Positions 1 through 8,453 of a DNA stretch of 64,000 bases are shown one piece after another. The notes beneath the pieces were generated by a model that was given only the letters and a program-made list of their open reading frames with translations, was not told the origin of the DNA and searched no databases. The translations under genes and the position numbers were made by a program. The stretch comes from Candidatus Nomurabacteria bacterium (lineage in GTDB: Bacteria > Patescibacteriota > Minisyncoccia > Phycocordibacterales > UBA918): contig JACKGC010000001.1 of NCBI GenBank assembly GCA_020632135.1, forward strand, positions 372,241 through 436,240. The letters are read 5' to 3'. Within the stretch, counting starts at the first letter, position 1, and every line of letters begins with the position of its first letter.

Positions 1-416
1 ATCACTGCTTTTTCCCAGAACTTCATTGAGTACCATTTGATCAGTGGTGTCGCAATCAGGCGGAGCCACTTTTTATGAATTGAAACCTGGTATGTATAGT
101 CTATTAGTGTGCCCTCTGGATGTTCTGAAAGCAGCAACTCTTCATGCCCTGACGTGCCAAACTGATAGCTGTCATTGTCAGAAATAAAGCCTTTGCCTGG
201 CAAGATCTGTGTTTTCATCAACACCTGAAAATTTTTACCGAAAGACTTTACCGTCGCTTCCATCTCTAGATCATTACCGTTGCGTTTAGTAACTACGACT
301 TTTTCAGCCACCTTCGGAAAATAGTTCGGCAGTTTTTCAAAGTCGGTCATGACTCGAGCGACCTCTTCAATTGGTGCTCGAATGACCCATTGGTCGTGCA
401 AAGTGATCTCTTTCAT
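1..416 (-). CDS. SRPBCC/START-fold (polyketide cyclase/dehydrase-like) protein; the 3' end is cut by the window edge
   Basis: Not in the ORF track because it is open-ended. My translation from the ATG at 416 reads MKEITLHDQWVIRAPIEEVARVMTDFEKLPNYFPKVAEKVVVTKRNGNDLEMEATVKSFGKNF..., with no stop before position 1. TATTAT-N6-ATG lies upstream. Confidence 0.55.
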   Translation of the reverse strand, partial: MKEITLHDQWVIRAPIEEVARVMTDFEKLPNYFPKVAEKVVVTKRNGNDLEMEATVKSFGKNFQVLMKTQILPGKGFISDNDSYQFGTSGHEELLLSEHPEGTLIDYTYQVSIHKKWLRLIATPLIKWYSMKFWEKAV

Positions 417-603
417 TGCTGTATAATAGCATTATGTATGCAACAGACAGTGCCTGCACTTCTAGTTCTAACAAAAAAATAACCCTGCTCGGGTTATTTT
501 AGTATGGTCAGAGGGATTCGGTCACAAGCGAAGCGGTTCGCTTGCCCTCAAGAGACTAACTGCTTGACGGGGGTATTTTTTAGGGGGCATGTGGGTCGGG
601 GTC

Positions 604-637
604 AAGAAAAGGCCTCGCTACGAGAGCAAGGCCTTTT
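604..637 (-). terminator. Hairpin terminator overlapping the Nudix stop codon
   Basis: AAAAGGCCT...AGGCCTTTT stem with an inner GCT/AGC pairing. It is T-rich on the minus strand. Confidence 0.45.
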
Positions 638-1103
638 AGTTGAATTTGGCAGGCTTGTAGCCGAATTCCTTGACGACAGAGCCGTCGGCGTTGAAGTTGA
701 CTTCGGCTTCGATTCTTTCTCCGTTCAGGATGAGTGGAATCCATTTCGCGTCCGCTGCCCACATCTCCTCGAAAGGAAGATTTGAGATTGGATACCATTG
801 AGGCCTCATCTCTTCTGTTTCGACAGGTTCGCTTTGCCAAGAGTTGGTCATATAGACAAAACACTCAAACACAGGATTTCCATCGAAATAGAAGCGAACT
901 AAGGCAACCTGTTGCAGGTCTTTCTCGTCTGCAACGAGTCCAGACTCCTCTTCAAGTTCCCGAACAGCGGCTGTGATTGGATTTTCCTCGGCCTGAACTT
1001 TGCCACCGTAGCCATTCCATTTGCCGGAACCAAAACCTCGCTTCTTCATCGCTAAAAGAACTTGATCGTCCTTAATACAAAAACAGAGGGTTGATTTCTT
1101 CAT
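636..1103 (-). CDS. Nudix hydrolase (MutT/MTH1-like)
   Basis: Nudix box GGKVQAEENPITAAVRELEEESGL. Confidence 0.85.
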   Translation of the reverse strand: MKKSTLCFCIKDDQVLLAMKKRGFGSGKWNGYGGKVQAEENPITAAVRELEEESGLVADEKDLQQVALVRFYFDGNPVFECFVYMTNSWQSEPVETEEMRPQWYPISNLPFEEMWAADAKWIPLILNGERIEAEVNFNADGSVVKEFGYKPAKFN

Positions 1104-1223
1104 TGTTTACCTCCTTTCTAAGGCTGTGGTAATGGTAGCTTAATAGTCGGAATCTGTGTAGCGGATGTGTCTGGGTCGCCCCACATACCTAACCACCTGG
1201 GTCATGCCGATACTAGGTTTTCT

Positions 1224-1250
1224 TGGCGGAGGCTCCGGGACTCGAACCCT
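1224..1250 (-). other. tRNA 3'-half-like fragment (T-loop, acceptor 3' strand and CCA); not a functional tRNA
   Basis: The minus strand reads GGGTTCGAGTCCCGGAGCCTCCGCCA. No complementary 5' acceptor strand is nearby. It is flanked by the direct repeats GGGTCATGCCGATACTAGGT (1199-1218) and GGGTCATCCGATACTAAGT (1253-1271). Confidence 0.5.
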
Positions 1251-1382
1251 CCGGGTCATCCGATACTAAGTATTTAGCCATATTTTTAGTATTTTATTGT
1301 CCCTGTCCCATTTTTCTTCGTTTTCTTAGTGACTTCATTCGAGTTCGTTGTGTTCAAAGTAATTGACATTTCTTGAGAACAA

Positions 1383-1412
1383 GAAAAAGGCGCTGGAGAT
1401 GTGTCCAGCGCC
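1383..1412 (-). terminator. Rho-independent terminator of the 1445..1942 gene
   Basis: GGCGCTGGA/TCCAGCGCC stem followed by TTTTT on the minus strand. Confidence 0.75.
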
Positions 1413-1444
1413 AAACAGAGTGACTATTGAAGTGAAGAACTTTA

Positions 1445-1942
1445 TCAGCGAAGACCTTCCTTCATGGCATCGCCAAAGCTCTTCAGCTGGTCGCCCATTT
1501 CACGGATCCCTTCCGTGAGTTCGAGCATGACCTGCTGTTGGATTTTGCCTTGGCAGGTTCGGTATGCCTCAAGAGCATCCTCACCGCCCGCCTGGATGAC
1601 TGAGGCGTCGATCAGGCGCTCGGCCCGCTTCTCGGTTTTCTCGTCCACGGCTTCGATGGTTGTCCACTCGCCATTGTACATTCCGCTGGTCGAAGTGGAC
1701 TCACCGTCGTCGCCATCGATTGCGACCGATGAATTGATGAGGTCGCCTTTCCACCACATGGCGAGGGCTTCGCTTTCTCCATCGAGGGTGACAGTACGCC
1801 GAAGTTCGATCTTCAGCTCGCCGCACTCTTGGTTGAGCGCGACGACCCAGTCGTCGTACCCTACCGGCAGTTCCTGCGCGGCGAGAGGGTTCCAGCAGAG
1901 AAGGAAGACAGCGGCGAGGATTGAGAGTGAGCGTGTGAACAT
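1445..1942 (-). CDS. Secreted hypothetical protein with a signal peptide
   Basis: I take the internal start MFTRSLSILAAVFLLCWNPLAAQ, which has an AGGAG RBS 7 nt upstream. The 5' extension in the track lacks support. Confidence 0.6.
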   Translation of the reverse strand: MFTRSLSILAAVFLLCWNPLAAQELPVGYDDWVVALNQECGELKIELRRTVTLDGESEALAMWWKGDLINSSVAIDGDDGESTSTSGMYNGEWTTIEAVDEKTEKRAERLIDASVIQAGGEDALEAYRTCQGKIQQQVMLELTEGIREMGDQLKSFGDAMKEGLR

Positions 1943-1979
1943 GGTCTGTTCTCCTGTGATTGACCTTAAACCTGTTTGT

Positions 1980-2008
1980 ATTATAGCATATATAAAATGT
2001 AATGTCAA
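1980..2008 (-). promoter_or_regulatory. Consensus sigma70-type promoter TTGACA-N17-TATAAT
   Basis: The minus strand reads TTGACAttacattttatatatgcTATAAT, upstream of the 1445..1942 gene. Confidence 0.6.
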
Positions 2009-2117
2009 TAATTTGATTTCTGGGAAAATGGGAACGTGAAAATATTTTTTCGATTCGTGTAGCCTAATTCTTTTTACATAGTTTTTTACATAGTATAGGT
2101 ATGTATACCAAAGTTCG

Positions 2118-2148
2118 AATCCCTGAGAGGTGTTGCCTCTCAGGGATT
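2118..2148 (+). other. 13-bp perfect hairpin whose 5' arm resembles a tRNA T-arm (GTTCGAATCCCT)
   Basis: AATCCCTGAGAGG-tgttg-CCTCTCAGGGATT. The preceding AAGTTCGAATCCCT matches the T-arm of tRNA-Ser but lies on the opposite strand. Confidence 0.4.
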
Positions 2149-2210
2149 GCAGCGGCAATTTTTTATGGCTCTAAATAAGGGTCTGCAGGTCTGCCGATAA
2201 CCAGTATTCG

Positions 2211-2235
2211 TGGCGGCCCGTCCGGGAATCGAACC
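2211..2235 (-). other. Second tRNA 3'-half-like fragment, sitting in the loop of a long hairpin
   Basis: The minus strand reads CGGTTCGATTCCCGGACGGGCCGCCA, with no 5' acceptor partner. It is enclosed by the inverted repeat AAATAAGGGTCTGCAG (2173-2188) / CTGCAGACCCTTTATTT (2248-2264). Confidence 0.45.
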
Positions 2236-2292
2236 GTCTCGTGCTAGCTGCAGACCCTTTATTTTAAGGCTCTAACAGCTAGCTGTTGCTCG

Positions 2293-2379
2293 CGGAGAGA
2301 GAGGGATTCGAACCCTCGAGGAGCTTTCACCCCTAACGGTTTTCAAGACCGCCGCCTTCAACCACTCAGCCATCTCTCC
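2293..2379 (-). tRNA. tRNA-Ser (anticodon TGA), long variable arm
   Basis: GGAGAGATGGCTGAGTGGTTGAAGGCGGCGGTCTTGAAAACCGTTAGGGGTGAAAGCTCCTCGAGGGTTCGAATCCCTCTCTCTCCG. Anticodon loop is CT-TGA-AA. Confidence 0.9.
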
Positions 2380-2431
2380 ATTTCATTTCGAGATGGCTGG
2401 CGGTTGAAGGTTCATCCACCTCGCTTCGCTC

Positions 2432-2462
2432 GGAGGAGAATGTCTCCCAGACATTCTCCTCC
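2432..2462. repeat. Perfect 14-bp stem, 3-nt loop hairpin between a duplicated tRNA-Ser 5' segment and the tRNA
   Basis: GGAGGAGAATGTCT-ccc-AGACATTCTCCTCC. Confidence 0.6.
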
Positions 2463-2564
2463 ACTCAGCCATCTCTCCAATTTATGTAATTGTGGCCACG
2501 ATAGTACCAAAAGATGCGTGAATTGTACACTGTAGGCAGCATTGGCTGTGGTACAATTTTGCCA

Positions 2565-3035
2565 ATGGAGTCATCACCTCGCAGTGTGACGTGGGAAGCG
2601 CCGGAGCACCACCACGTTGAAAAAGGTAACGATTGGTTTTTCGCTTTAGCAATCATTATTGTGGCGTTGGTGATCGTCGCGATACTACTTAGTGACACGC
2701 TATCTGCATTGCTCATTGGTTTGGCGGGTACCGCTTTGGCGATCTCTGCTGCTAAGCGCCCATCCATTATTTCATTTGCGGTCACAGTCCGTGGCGTAAA
2801 GGTGGACGATGATATATACCCGTTTGCAACGCTCAAGAGCTATGCTATTGATGAGGAGAGCCCGACCGGGCCGCAGCTTCTCATTAAGTCAGCTCGGAAG
2901 ATCATGCCACTTATCGTCATTCCGATCCCTGCTGAGCACATTGATGAGATCGAATCAATCCTAAAAGAAAAGTTAGCAGAAGAAGATCTCGAAGAGCCAC
3001 TCTTCATGAAGATACTGGAATTATTTGGGTTTTGA
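2565..3035 (+). CDS. Conserved hypothetical membrane protein (two TM helices and an acidic C-terminal domain)
   Basis: I chose the start at MESSPRSVTWEAPEHHH because TACAAT-N7-ATG lies directly upstream. The TM region is WFFALAIIIVALVIVAILL...LLIGLAGTALAI. Confidence 0.6.
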   Translation: MESSPRSVTWEAPEHHHVEKGNDWFFALAIIIVALVIVAILLSDTLSALLIGLAGTALAISAAKRPSIISFAVTVRGVKVDDDIYPFATLKSYAIDEESPTGPQLLIKSARKIMPLIVIPIPAEHIDEIESILKEKLAEEDLEEPLFMKILELFGF

Positions 3036-3161
3036 TGTATAGTGTTGGCCACGAAGGTCGCAACGAAAGTCGCTCTACTGTCTTCTTCGGCTATCGCCTC
3101 GAAGGACGAGAGCTTCGCTCAGATCTTAAATGAAAATAAAATTTCATTTATTCCTTCGCTC

Positions 3162-3236
3162 GCTCTCGTAGTTTAATGGATAAAATGCTGGTTTGCGGTA
3201 CCAGCGCTCCAGGTTCGATTCCTGGCGAGAGCACCA
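3162..3236 (+). tRNA. tRNA-Arg (anticodon GCG), CCA encoded
   Basis: Acceptor GCTCTCG/CGAGAGC, anticodon loop TT-GCG-GT, T-arm CCAGGTTCGATTCCTGG. Confidence 0.85.
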
Positions 3237-3245
3237 AGGTATAAG

Positions 3246-3276
3246 AAAAACACCAGATGTAAAATCTGGTGTTTTT
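3246..3276 (+). terminator. Terminator after tRNA-Arg
   Basis: AAAAACACCAGAT-gtaaa-ATCTGGTGTTTTT. Confidence 0.75.
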
Positions 3277-3466
3277 CTTATAGCAAGCAAACGGCTTTGC
3301 TTGCGTACTTTGATGCTGGCCGCAGGCATGTTTCTTGCTTGTTCACTAGAGCAAGAAACAGCCGAGGTGGGGTCGAGAACACTTAGTGGATTTGGAGCAA
3401 AGCGAACAAATATACTTAGTGATTCGTGACCACTAGGTATTCTTGATTTCATGCTATGCTACCACC

Positions 3467-3850
3467 ATGAAACGAATGGGTATTGATTATGGTTCTAAAA
3501 AGATCGGCATTGCACTGACAGACGATGGGGGAGTGATGGCGTTCCCGCATGCTGTGGTGCCAAATGACGCTGAGTTTAAGTCATACATTGAACGCTTGGT
3601 CGCCGAGCGGGGGGTGGGAGAGATTGTTATCGGACATTCACTCAACAACCAAGGTGAACCCAATACCATTCACACTGCGGTTGAATCGCTCATGACCGAC
3701 CTCACTCTCTCTCTGGGGTTGCCTATCCATCTTGAGCCAGAGCAGTACTCAACACAGCAGGCCGTGCAGATCCAAGGTCGTTCCGAGCTCACTGATGCCT
3801 CAGCCGCCGCCCTCATTCTTGATAGCTTTATAACTAAACAAAAGAAATAG
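3467..3850 (+). CDS. ruvX: Holliday junction resolvase-like protein RuvX/YqgF
   Basis: MKRMGIDYGSKKIGIALTD..., the YqgF N-terminal motif. TATGCT-N6-ATG lies upstream. Confidence 0.85.
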   Translation: MKRMGIDYGSKKIGIALTDDGGVMAFPHAVVPNDAEFKSYIERLVAERGVGEIVIGHSLNNQGEPNTIHTAVESLMTDLTLSLGLPIHLEPEQYSTQQAVQIQGRSELTDASAAALILDSFITKQKK

Positions 3851-3852
3851 TC

Positions 3853-4182
3853 ATGACAGTTGCTTACGATGATTTTGCAAAATTAGAGATCAAGATTGGC
3901 ACCATCACCGCCGTCGATGTGGTTGAGGGAGCTGATCGACTTCTGAAACTCACGGTCGATGTGGGGGAGAAAGAACCACGGCAGATCGTGTCTGGGATCC
4001 GAGAGTTTGTGTCTGATCCCGATGCGCTCGTGGGGCGACAGTGTCCGTTTTTGGTCAACCTTGAGTCACGTGCAATCCGAGGACTGGAGAGTCAGGGTAT
4101 GATCTTGGCCGCGGGAGATACTGAAACATTTACGCTTTTGCATCCTAGCGCGGCCGTACCACCAGGGACTACAGTACAATAG
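3853..4182 (+). CDS. tRNA-binding domain protein (CsaA/Trbp111-like OB fold)
   Basis: FAKLEIKIGTITAVDVVEGADRLLKLTVDVGEKEPRQIVSGI...ESQGMILAA. Confidence 0.8.
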   Translation: MTVAYDDFAKLEIKIGTITAVDVVEGADRLLKLTVDVGEKEPRQIVSGIREFVSDPDALVGRQCPFLVNLESRAIRGLESQGMILAAGDTETFTLLHPSAAVPPGTTVQ

Positions 4183-4188
4183 TGTGAC

Positions 4189-4800
4189 ATGAGTGTAGAG
4201 AACGATCTAAGGCAACAGGTTTCAGCAGTACTGGAGACCAGTACTGTTGCAAAGGCAAGGGAGATACTCAGCTCCCGCTCTGGCACGGTGATGATCGGTC
4301 TTATCTCATTCATCGAGTCAGCTTTGCCGATACCTATCCTCACTGACCCGTTTCTGGTGGCGGCGATCTTAGCCGACCGAACCCGAGCTGCTCGCTTAGT
4401 TTTAATAACACTGATCACCTCTGTACTTGGTGGGGTAGCCGCCTACTTCATGGCACTCTTTTTCTTGGAGTTCCTTCTTTCATTCCTCAGCCAAACAATG
4501 GTAGAGGAGTTTCATGAGTTGGCCAATGGTACAGGCTCAGGTACTGCGCTACTAACCTTAGTTGGGGCAGTGACCCCAGTGCCATATACCTTGGTGGCGT
4601 GGGCCATTGCGGTCATAAAGGGTAATTTCTGGGTGTTTGTGGCGGCTTCAGTAGTGGGGCGGGGATTTAGGTACGCAGTAGTTGGTTGGTCCACCTACCA
4701 TTTTGGTGCAACGGCATTACGCATTGCGCGCCGCTATATTGGTGTAACGTCGATCATTTTGGTCGTGCTTTTTGCTGCATTCATTTGGTACAAGATGTGA
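4189..4800 (+). CDS. DedA/YqaA-like integral membrane protein
   Basis: Polytopic. Contains the segments ESALPIPILTDPFLVAAIL and VTPVPYTLVAW. Confidence 0.5.
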   Translation: MSVENDLRQQVSAVLETSTVAKAREILSSRSGTVMIGLISFIESALPIPILTDPFLVAAILADRTRAARLVLITLITSVLGGVAAYFMALFFLEFLLSFLSQTMVEEFHELANGTGSGTALLTLVGAVTPVPYTLVAWAIAVIKGNFWVFVAASVVGRGFRYAVVGWSTYHFGATALRIARRYIGVTSIILVVLFAAFIWYKM

Positions 4801-4856
4801 GTTAGTATCTCGAAACTAGGTCAGCAACAGCGTATACTAGAGACATAGTAAAACGT

Positions 4857-5945
4857 ATGTCGGTTCTTTCTCGAGTCTTACCACCACCGAGTTTCCTCAC
4901 TATGCCTTGTGTGGGGGTTGATGTGTCAGACACGTCTCTTAAGTATGTCTCTCTCAAGCCAAACGTGCGGCCTGGTGTAGACCGCGTGATAAAGCAGTGG
5001 GGAGACATTTCGATCCCGAGCGGAACGGTGCAGCGCGGTCTTGTGAGTGATCCAAAGCAGCTCACCGCAGTCCTTAAAGAATTCAAGGCGCAGACCAAAG
5101 CCGAGTTTGTGCGCCTCTCACTACCAGAGGAGCGAGCCTACCTATTTGAGACAACCATCAAGCGAGATACACCGATCAAGGAGATCCGTGGAATGCTTGA
5201 GTTTCGGTTGGAGGAAAATGTGCCGATACCTTCTAAGGATGTCTATTTTGATTACGATATTTTACCCGGTGATCAGGAAAAAAAGACGGTACAGATCGCT
5301 GTGGCGGCCTACGCCAAAGAAACTATTCAGCAGTACTACGATGTTTGTATTGAAGCAGGTTTGCGTCCGGTGGCGTTTGAAGTTGAGGCGCAAGCAATGG
5401 CACGAGCGGTTATTCCCACTGACGTTAAAGGGGCAGTTATGTTGGTTGATTTTGGTAAGACGCGGACCGGTATTGGAATCGCGTATAAGGGCATGTTGCT
5501 CTATACCTCAACGGTAGATATTGGAGGCGATGTGTTGTCCCAGGCGCTGCGTCGGGTACTTGGAGATGCGGTCAGTGAGGGAGAGCTTACCAAACTGAAG
5601 AATACACAAGGTCTCGTTCGGTCGATCGAGTCATCGCACGTACATGAGGCACTTATTAATGCCACATCAGTCATCAAAGACGAACTGGCAACGCGCATGC
5701 AGTACTGGCATCTGCGTAATGGCAATAGTGCTGAGCGCCGGATCTCTTCGGTCATGTTGTGTGGTGGTAGCGCAAACCTTAAGGGGCTACCTGCCTACCT
5801 CACCGAAACGCTCGGTATACCCACGCTGCGAGGCAATGTGTGGGAGAACACCTTTTCACTTAAGCACACGGTCCCACCGATCGATCGTCGGCACTCCTTC
5901 GGGTATGCTACCGCGATTGGTTTGGCACTAAAGAATATTGTCTAG
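4857..5945 (+). CDS. pilM: Type IV pilus assembly protein PilM (actin-like ATPase fold)
   Basis: N-terminal SFL..VGVDVSDTSLKYVSL, and it sits upstream of pilN/pilO-like genes. Confidence 0.8.
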   Translation: MSVLSRVLPPPSFLTMPCVGVDVSDTSLKYVSLKPNVRPGVDRVIKQWGDISIPSGTVQRGLVSDPKQLTAVLKEFKAQTKAEFVRLSLPEERAYLFETTIKRDTPIKEIRGMLEFRLEENVPIPSKDVYFDYDILPGDQEKKTVQIAVAAYAKETIQQYYDVCIEAGLRPVAFEVEAQAMARAVIPTDVKGAVMLVDFGKTRTGIGIAYKGMLLYTSTVDIGGDVLSQALRRVLGDAVSEGELTKLKNTQGLVRSIESSHVHEALINATSVIKDELATRMQYWHLRNGNSAERRISSVMLCGGSANLKGLPAYLTETLGIPTLRGNVWENTFSLKHTVPPIDRRHSFGYATAIGLALKNIV

Positions 5946-5948
5946 CGT

Positions 5949-6497
5949 ATGATCAACCTCATTCCGCCAACAGCTAAGAAGGGAATCGTCTTCGAATACT
6001 GGGTTCGTGTCGTGACGGTCTGGTTGTATCTATGGTCAGCTGTGATGATCGTAGGTATTTGTATCACGCTTCCGACGTATGTGCTCATTAGCGTGCAAGC
6101 ATCAGTGCTCGAATCATCTGCCCAGGAAGCTTCTGAGATGGTGGCAGGATACGATGATGTATCACGGGCGCTGATGGCAGCTAACCAACAGGCCGCGGTG
6201 ATCGTGAAAGAGTCTCGGCTTGTATCGGTGTCTCAGTATTTGCAGCTATTTGAGTCACTGCAAGGTGCGGGCATTACAGTGACTGGTGTCCGATTAGATC
6301 GTACTGCCGACGGCTTGGCGCCAGCTGTGGTGACTGGTAAAGCCATCGACCGACAGACGCTCGCTGCGTTCCGTGATCGCTTAGTGGCACACGCACTGAT
6401 TGAGTTGGTCGACCTGCCGATAGCAAATCTTGCTCAAGATAAAGACATCACGTTCACGCTTACTGTCACTTTTGCTAATCCAACCGCAAACATATGA
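5949..6497 (+). CDS. pilN: PilN-like bitopic membrane protein
   Basis: MINLIPP start and a single TM helix. Follows pilM. Confidence 0.65.
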   Translation: MINLIPPTAKKGIVFEYWVRVVTVWLYLWSAVMIVGICITLPTYVLISVQASVLESSAQEASEMVAGYDDVSRALMAANQQAAVIVKESRLVSVSQYLQLFESLQGAGITVTGVRLDRTADGLAPAVVTGKAIDRQTLAAFRDRLVAHALIELVDLPIANLAQDKDITFTLTVTFANPTANI

Positions 6498-7009
6498 GTA
6501 ACAGCACCAAGAGAAACATAGTCCTTGCAGCAGTACTTATGATCGCCTCGATCGCTGCTTTCGGATTCATGGTGTACCAGGTCTTAGGGCAGGGTGAGCA
6601 GTTGAATGCGCTGGTTGCCAATCGGGATCGATACGATGCACAAAAAGACACCTACAATCAGCTGCAGCGACAAGCAGAAGAGACTCTTGCCGAGCGTCAG
6701 CAGTTGGAAGCGTATTTTTTGAAAAATGAAGGGGCGAGTATAGATTTTCTCAATGCTGTAGAGGGACTAGCGCCACAGATCGGGGTTGCTCTTGAGACTA
6801 CTGCGCTCACACTGCTCATTGAAGAGGATAAGACCAAATGGGTCAAGGCATCCTTTAAATTCAGCGGTTCGCGGGCGGCAGTGCAGCAATTCATTCAGTT
6901 ACTTGAGACGCTGCCGTATATACAGCGCATCTCAAGTGTTGACGTCGACGCCAAAAGCGCTACTGAGTGGCAAGCGGATGTTACTATGCAAGTACGGATC
7001 ATTGAGTAA
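6494..7009 (+). CDS. pilO: PilO-like bitopic membrane protein
   Basis: TM helix followed by a coiled coil, and a 4-nt overlap with pilN. Confidence 0.55.
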   Translation: MSNSTKRNIVLAAVLMIASIAAFGFMVYQVLGQGEQLNALVANRDRYDAQKDTYNQLQRQAEETLAERQQLEAYFLKNEGASIDFLNAVEGLAPQIGVALETTALTLLIEEDKTKWVKASFKFSGSRAAVQQFIQLLETLPYIQRISSVDVDAKSATEWQADVTMQVRIIE

Positions 7010-7014
7010 TACAT

Positions 7015-7482
7015 ATGGACAAGGGAAAGTTTCAAGACATTGCCAGCAAGATATTCAAGTCTTCGGAAGGGCTGCATAAACCGCGCATGATCTCACCTGG
7101 ACGAGAGTGGGCCATTGGTATTGTTGTCTCGGTCCTTATCGTATTGACCAGTGCATTATGGACCGTTCATACGTATGACCGGTTCAAGGACTCAACAATC
7201 AAGCAGACGACTCCAGTTGAGGAACAGGCAGTGGTATACAGAGAAAGTTTGGTTGATACTGCGTTGGGTATCTTCACGGAGCGTGCGCAGCGGCACGCCG
7301 CACTCAGTAGTCAACAGGTCGTGCTCCCGTCTTCTGATCTAGTCTTGCCACCCCAGGAAGAGGATGAGGTTTCAGCTGAAATTACTACCATACCACCACC
7401 AGACCAGCTCGAACCGATAGCAACAGAACCTGAGGAGGGTTCACCCACCGACGGCGAACGAGCAGCGGTGATCGTTGAATAA
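7015..7482 (+). CDS. Hypothetical bitopic membrane protein in the pil operon
   Basis: One TM helix (WAIGIVVSVLIVLTSALW) and an acidic, Pro-rich tail. Confidence 0.5.
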   Translation: MDKGKFQDIASKIFKSSEGLHKPRMISPGREWAIGIVVSVLIVLTSALWTVHTYDRFKDSTIKQTTPVEEQAVVYRESLVDTALGIFTERAQRHAALSSQQVVLPSSDLVLPPQEEDEVSAEITTIPPPDQLEPIATEPEEGSPTDGERAAVIVE

Positions 7483-7522
7483 AAGAGTAGTCAATGAAAA
7501 CTGGACCCTTGTCTGGTTTTTG

Positions 7523-7594
7523 TGCCCCCAGTAGGAATCGAACCCACATCAAGAGCTTAGAAGTCTCCTGCTCTATCCATTGAGCTATGGGGGC
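7523..7594 (-). tRNA. tRNA-Arg (anticodon TCT)
   Basis: GCCCCCATAGCTCAATGGATAGAGCAGGAGACTTCTAAGCTCTTGATGTGGGTTCGATTCCTACTGGGGGCA. Confidence 0.85.
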
Positions 7595-7757
7595 AAAAAA
7601 CGATCTGCAACACGATCATTTATTGAAAGCCATACTAGCGTAAAAAAGTGTTTCAGTCACCTTATTTTTCCGTACACCACGAACGTGCTGGTTTAATAGA
7701 CAGGCGCGTACAACTCATTCGAGTAAGGTTGTCATGCAAAAGTACATTATCGTGCTA

Positions 7758-7803
7758 CCAATCAGCCGGCTCGAAGACGTCAGTCTTCGAGCCGGCTGAT
7801 TGG
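7758..7803. repeat. Perfect 21-bp inverted repeat with a 4-nt loop
   Basis: CCAATCAGCCGGCTCGAAGAC-gtca-GTCTTCGAGCCGGCTGATTGG. It abuts the distal copy of the tRNA-Val 3' end. Confidence 0.8.
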
Positions 7804-7804
7804 T

Positions 7805-7826
7805 GAGCGATGAGAGACTTGGTCAC
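7805..7826 (-). repeat. Copy of the tRNA-Val 3' end (att-like); distal boundary of the AT-rich islet
   Basis: gagcGATGAGAGACTTGgtcac matches the tRNA-Val 3' end GCGCGATGAGAGACTTGaac (9557-). Confidence 0.7.
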
Positions 7827-7991
7827 AAATAAATTTTCTACGAAAATTTTTCGCGACCCCACCTCACTCGTTCGTCGCAAGCTCCTCACATCGTTCCGGC
7901 CTTCAAGTCTCTACGGAAGCAAAACTGTTTGCTTCCTCATCGCGCACGAACAAAAACCGCCCAAGCAAAGCTTGAGCTGGTTTTTGTACTC

Positions 7992-8020
7992 GTGCGCCAT
8001 GTGGGACGACGTTAGAACTT
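7992..8020 (+). repeat. Cassette-junction motif copy A; contains GTTAGAACT at 8011-8019
   Basis: GTGCGCCATGTGGGACGACGTTAGAACTT. Confidence 0.75.
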
Positions 8021-8078
8021 TTCTTCAGGAAGAAGTAGAAAAGGAAAACACCTACGGGGGTAGGGTTTCCTGTAGGTG

Positions 8079-8378
8079 TTAACTGGTCTGTATACTGGAA
8101 TGGTGATATAAGCTGGCAAGGAAGGCCCACCGGTCTTCTCGTTTTGTTCCTGGGGGAAGATAGAAGAAAGCTTCCTTGTTTGTTACCCCGTCGAGGAACC
8201 AATCAATTATATCTACCCCTAGATATTTTTTCGCAAGGCGTTTAAACATACGCTTACTGGGGAATTGCACTGAACAGGAATTTTCTACCTCTGGATGTAT
8301 ATACACGTGGTAAATAACCCCAATCTCGTAGCCTCCGTTAAGGGGACTCATTAACAACTCATTCACTCTTATACTCAT
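8079..8378 (-). CDS. Hypothetical protein in an AT-rich cassette
   Basis: Start at MSIRVNELL with a GGGAG RBS 6 nt upstream. The hairpin AACACCTAC...GTAGGTGTT plus a T-tract follows the stop. Confidence 0.5.
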   Translation of the reverse strand: MSIRVNELLMSPLNGGYEIGVIYHVYIHPEVENSCSVQFPSKRMFKRLAKKYLGVDIIDWFLDGVTNKEAFFYLPPGTKREDRWAFLASLYHHSSIQTS

Positions 8379-8453
8379 AACAATCTCCCGCAGATTGGTC
8401 AATGAACTCTTTACAACAAACAATGCACCGTTTCAGGTGCATTGTCAAGTTTT

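Noticed and set aside
1224-2235. The tRNA-like 3' fragments as functional or split tRNAs.
   Set aside because: The T-stems do not pair on the 5' side, and no complementary 5' acceptor strand (GGAGGCT or GGCCCGT) occurs nearby.
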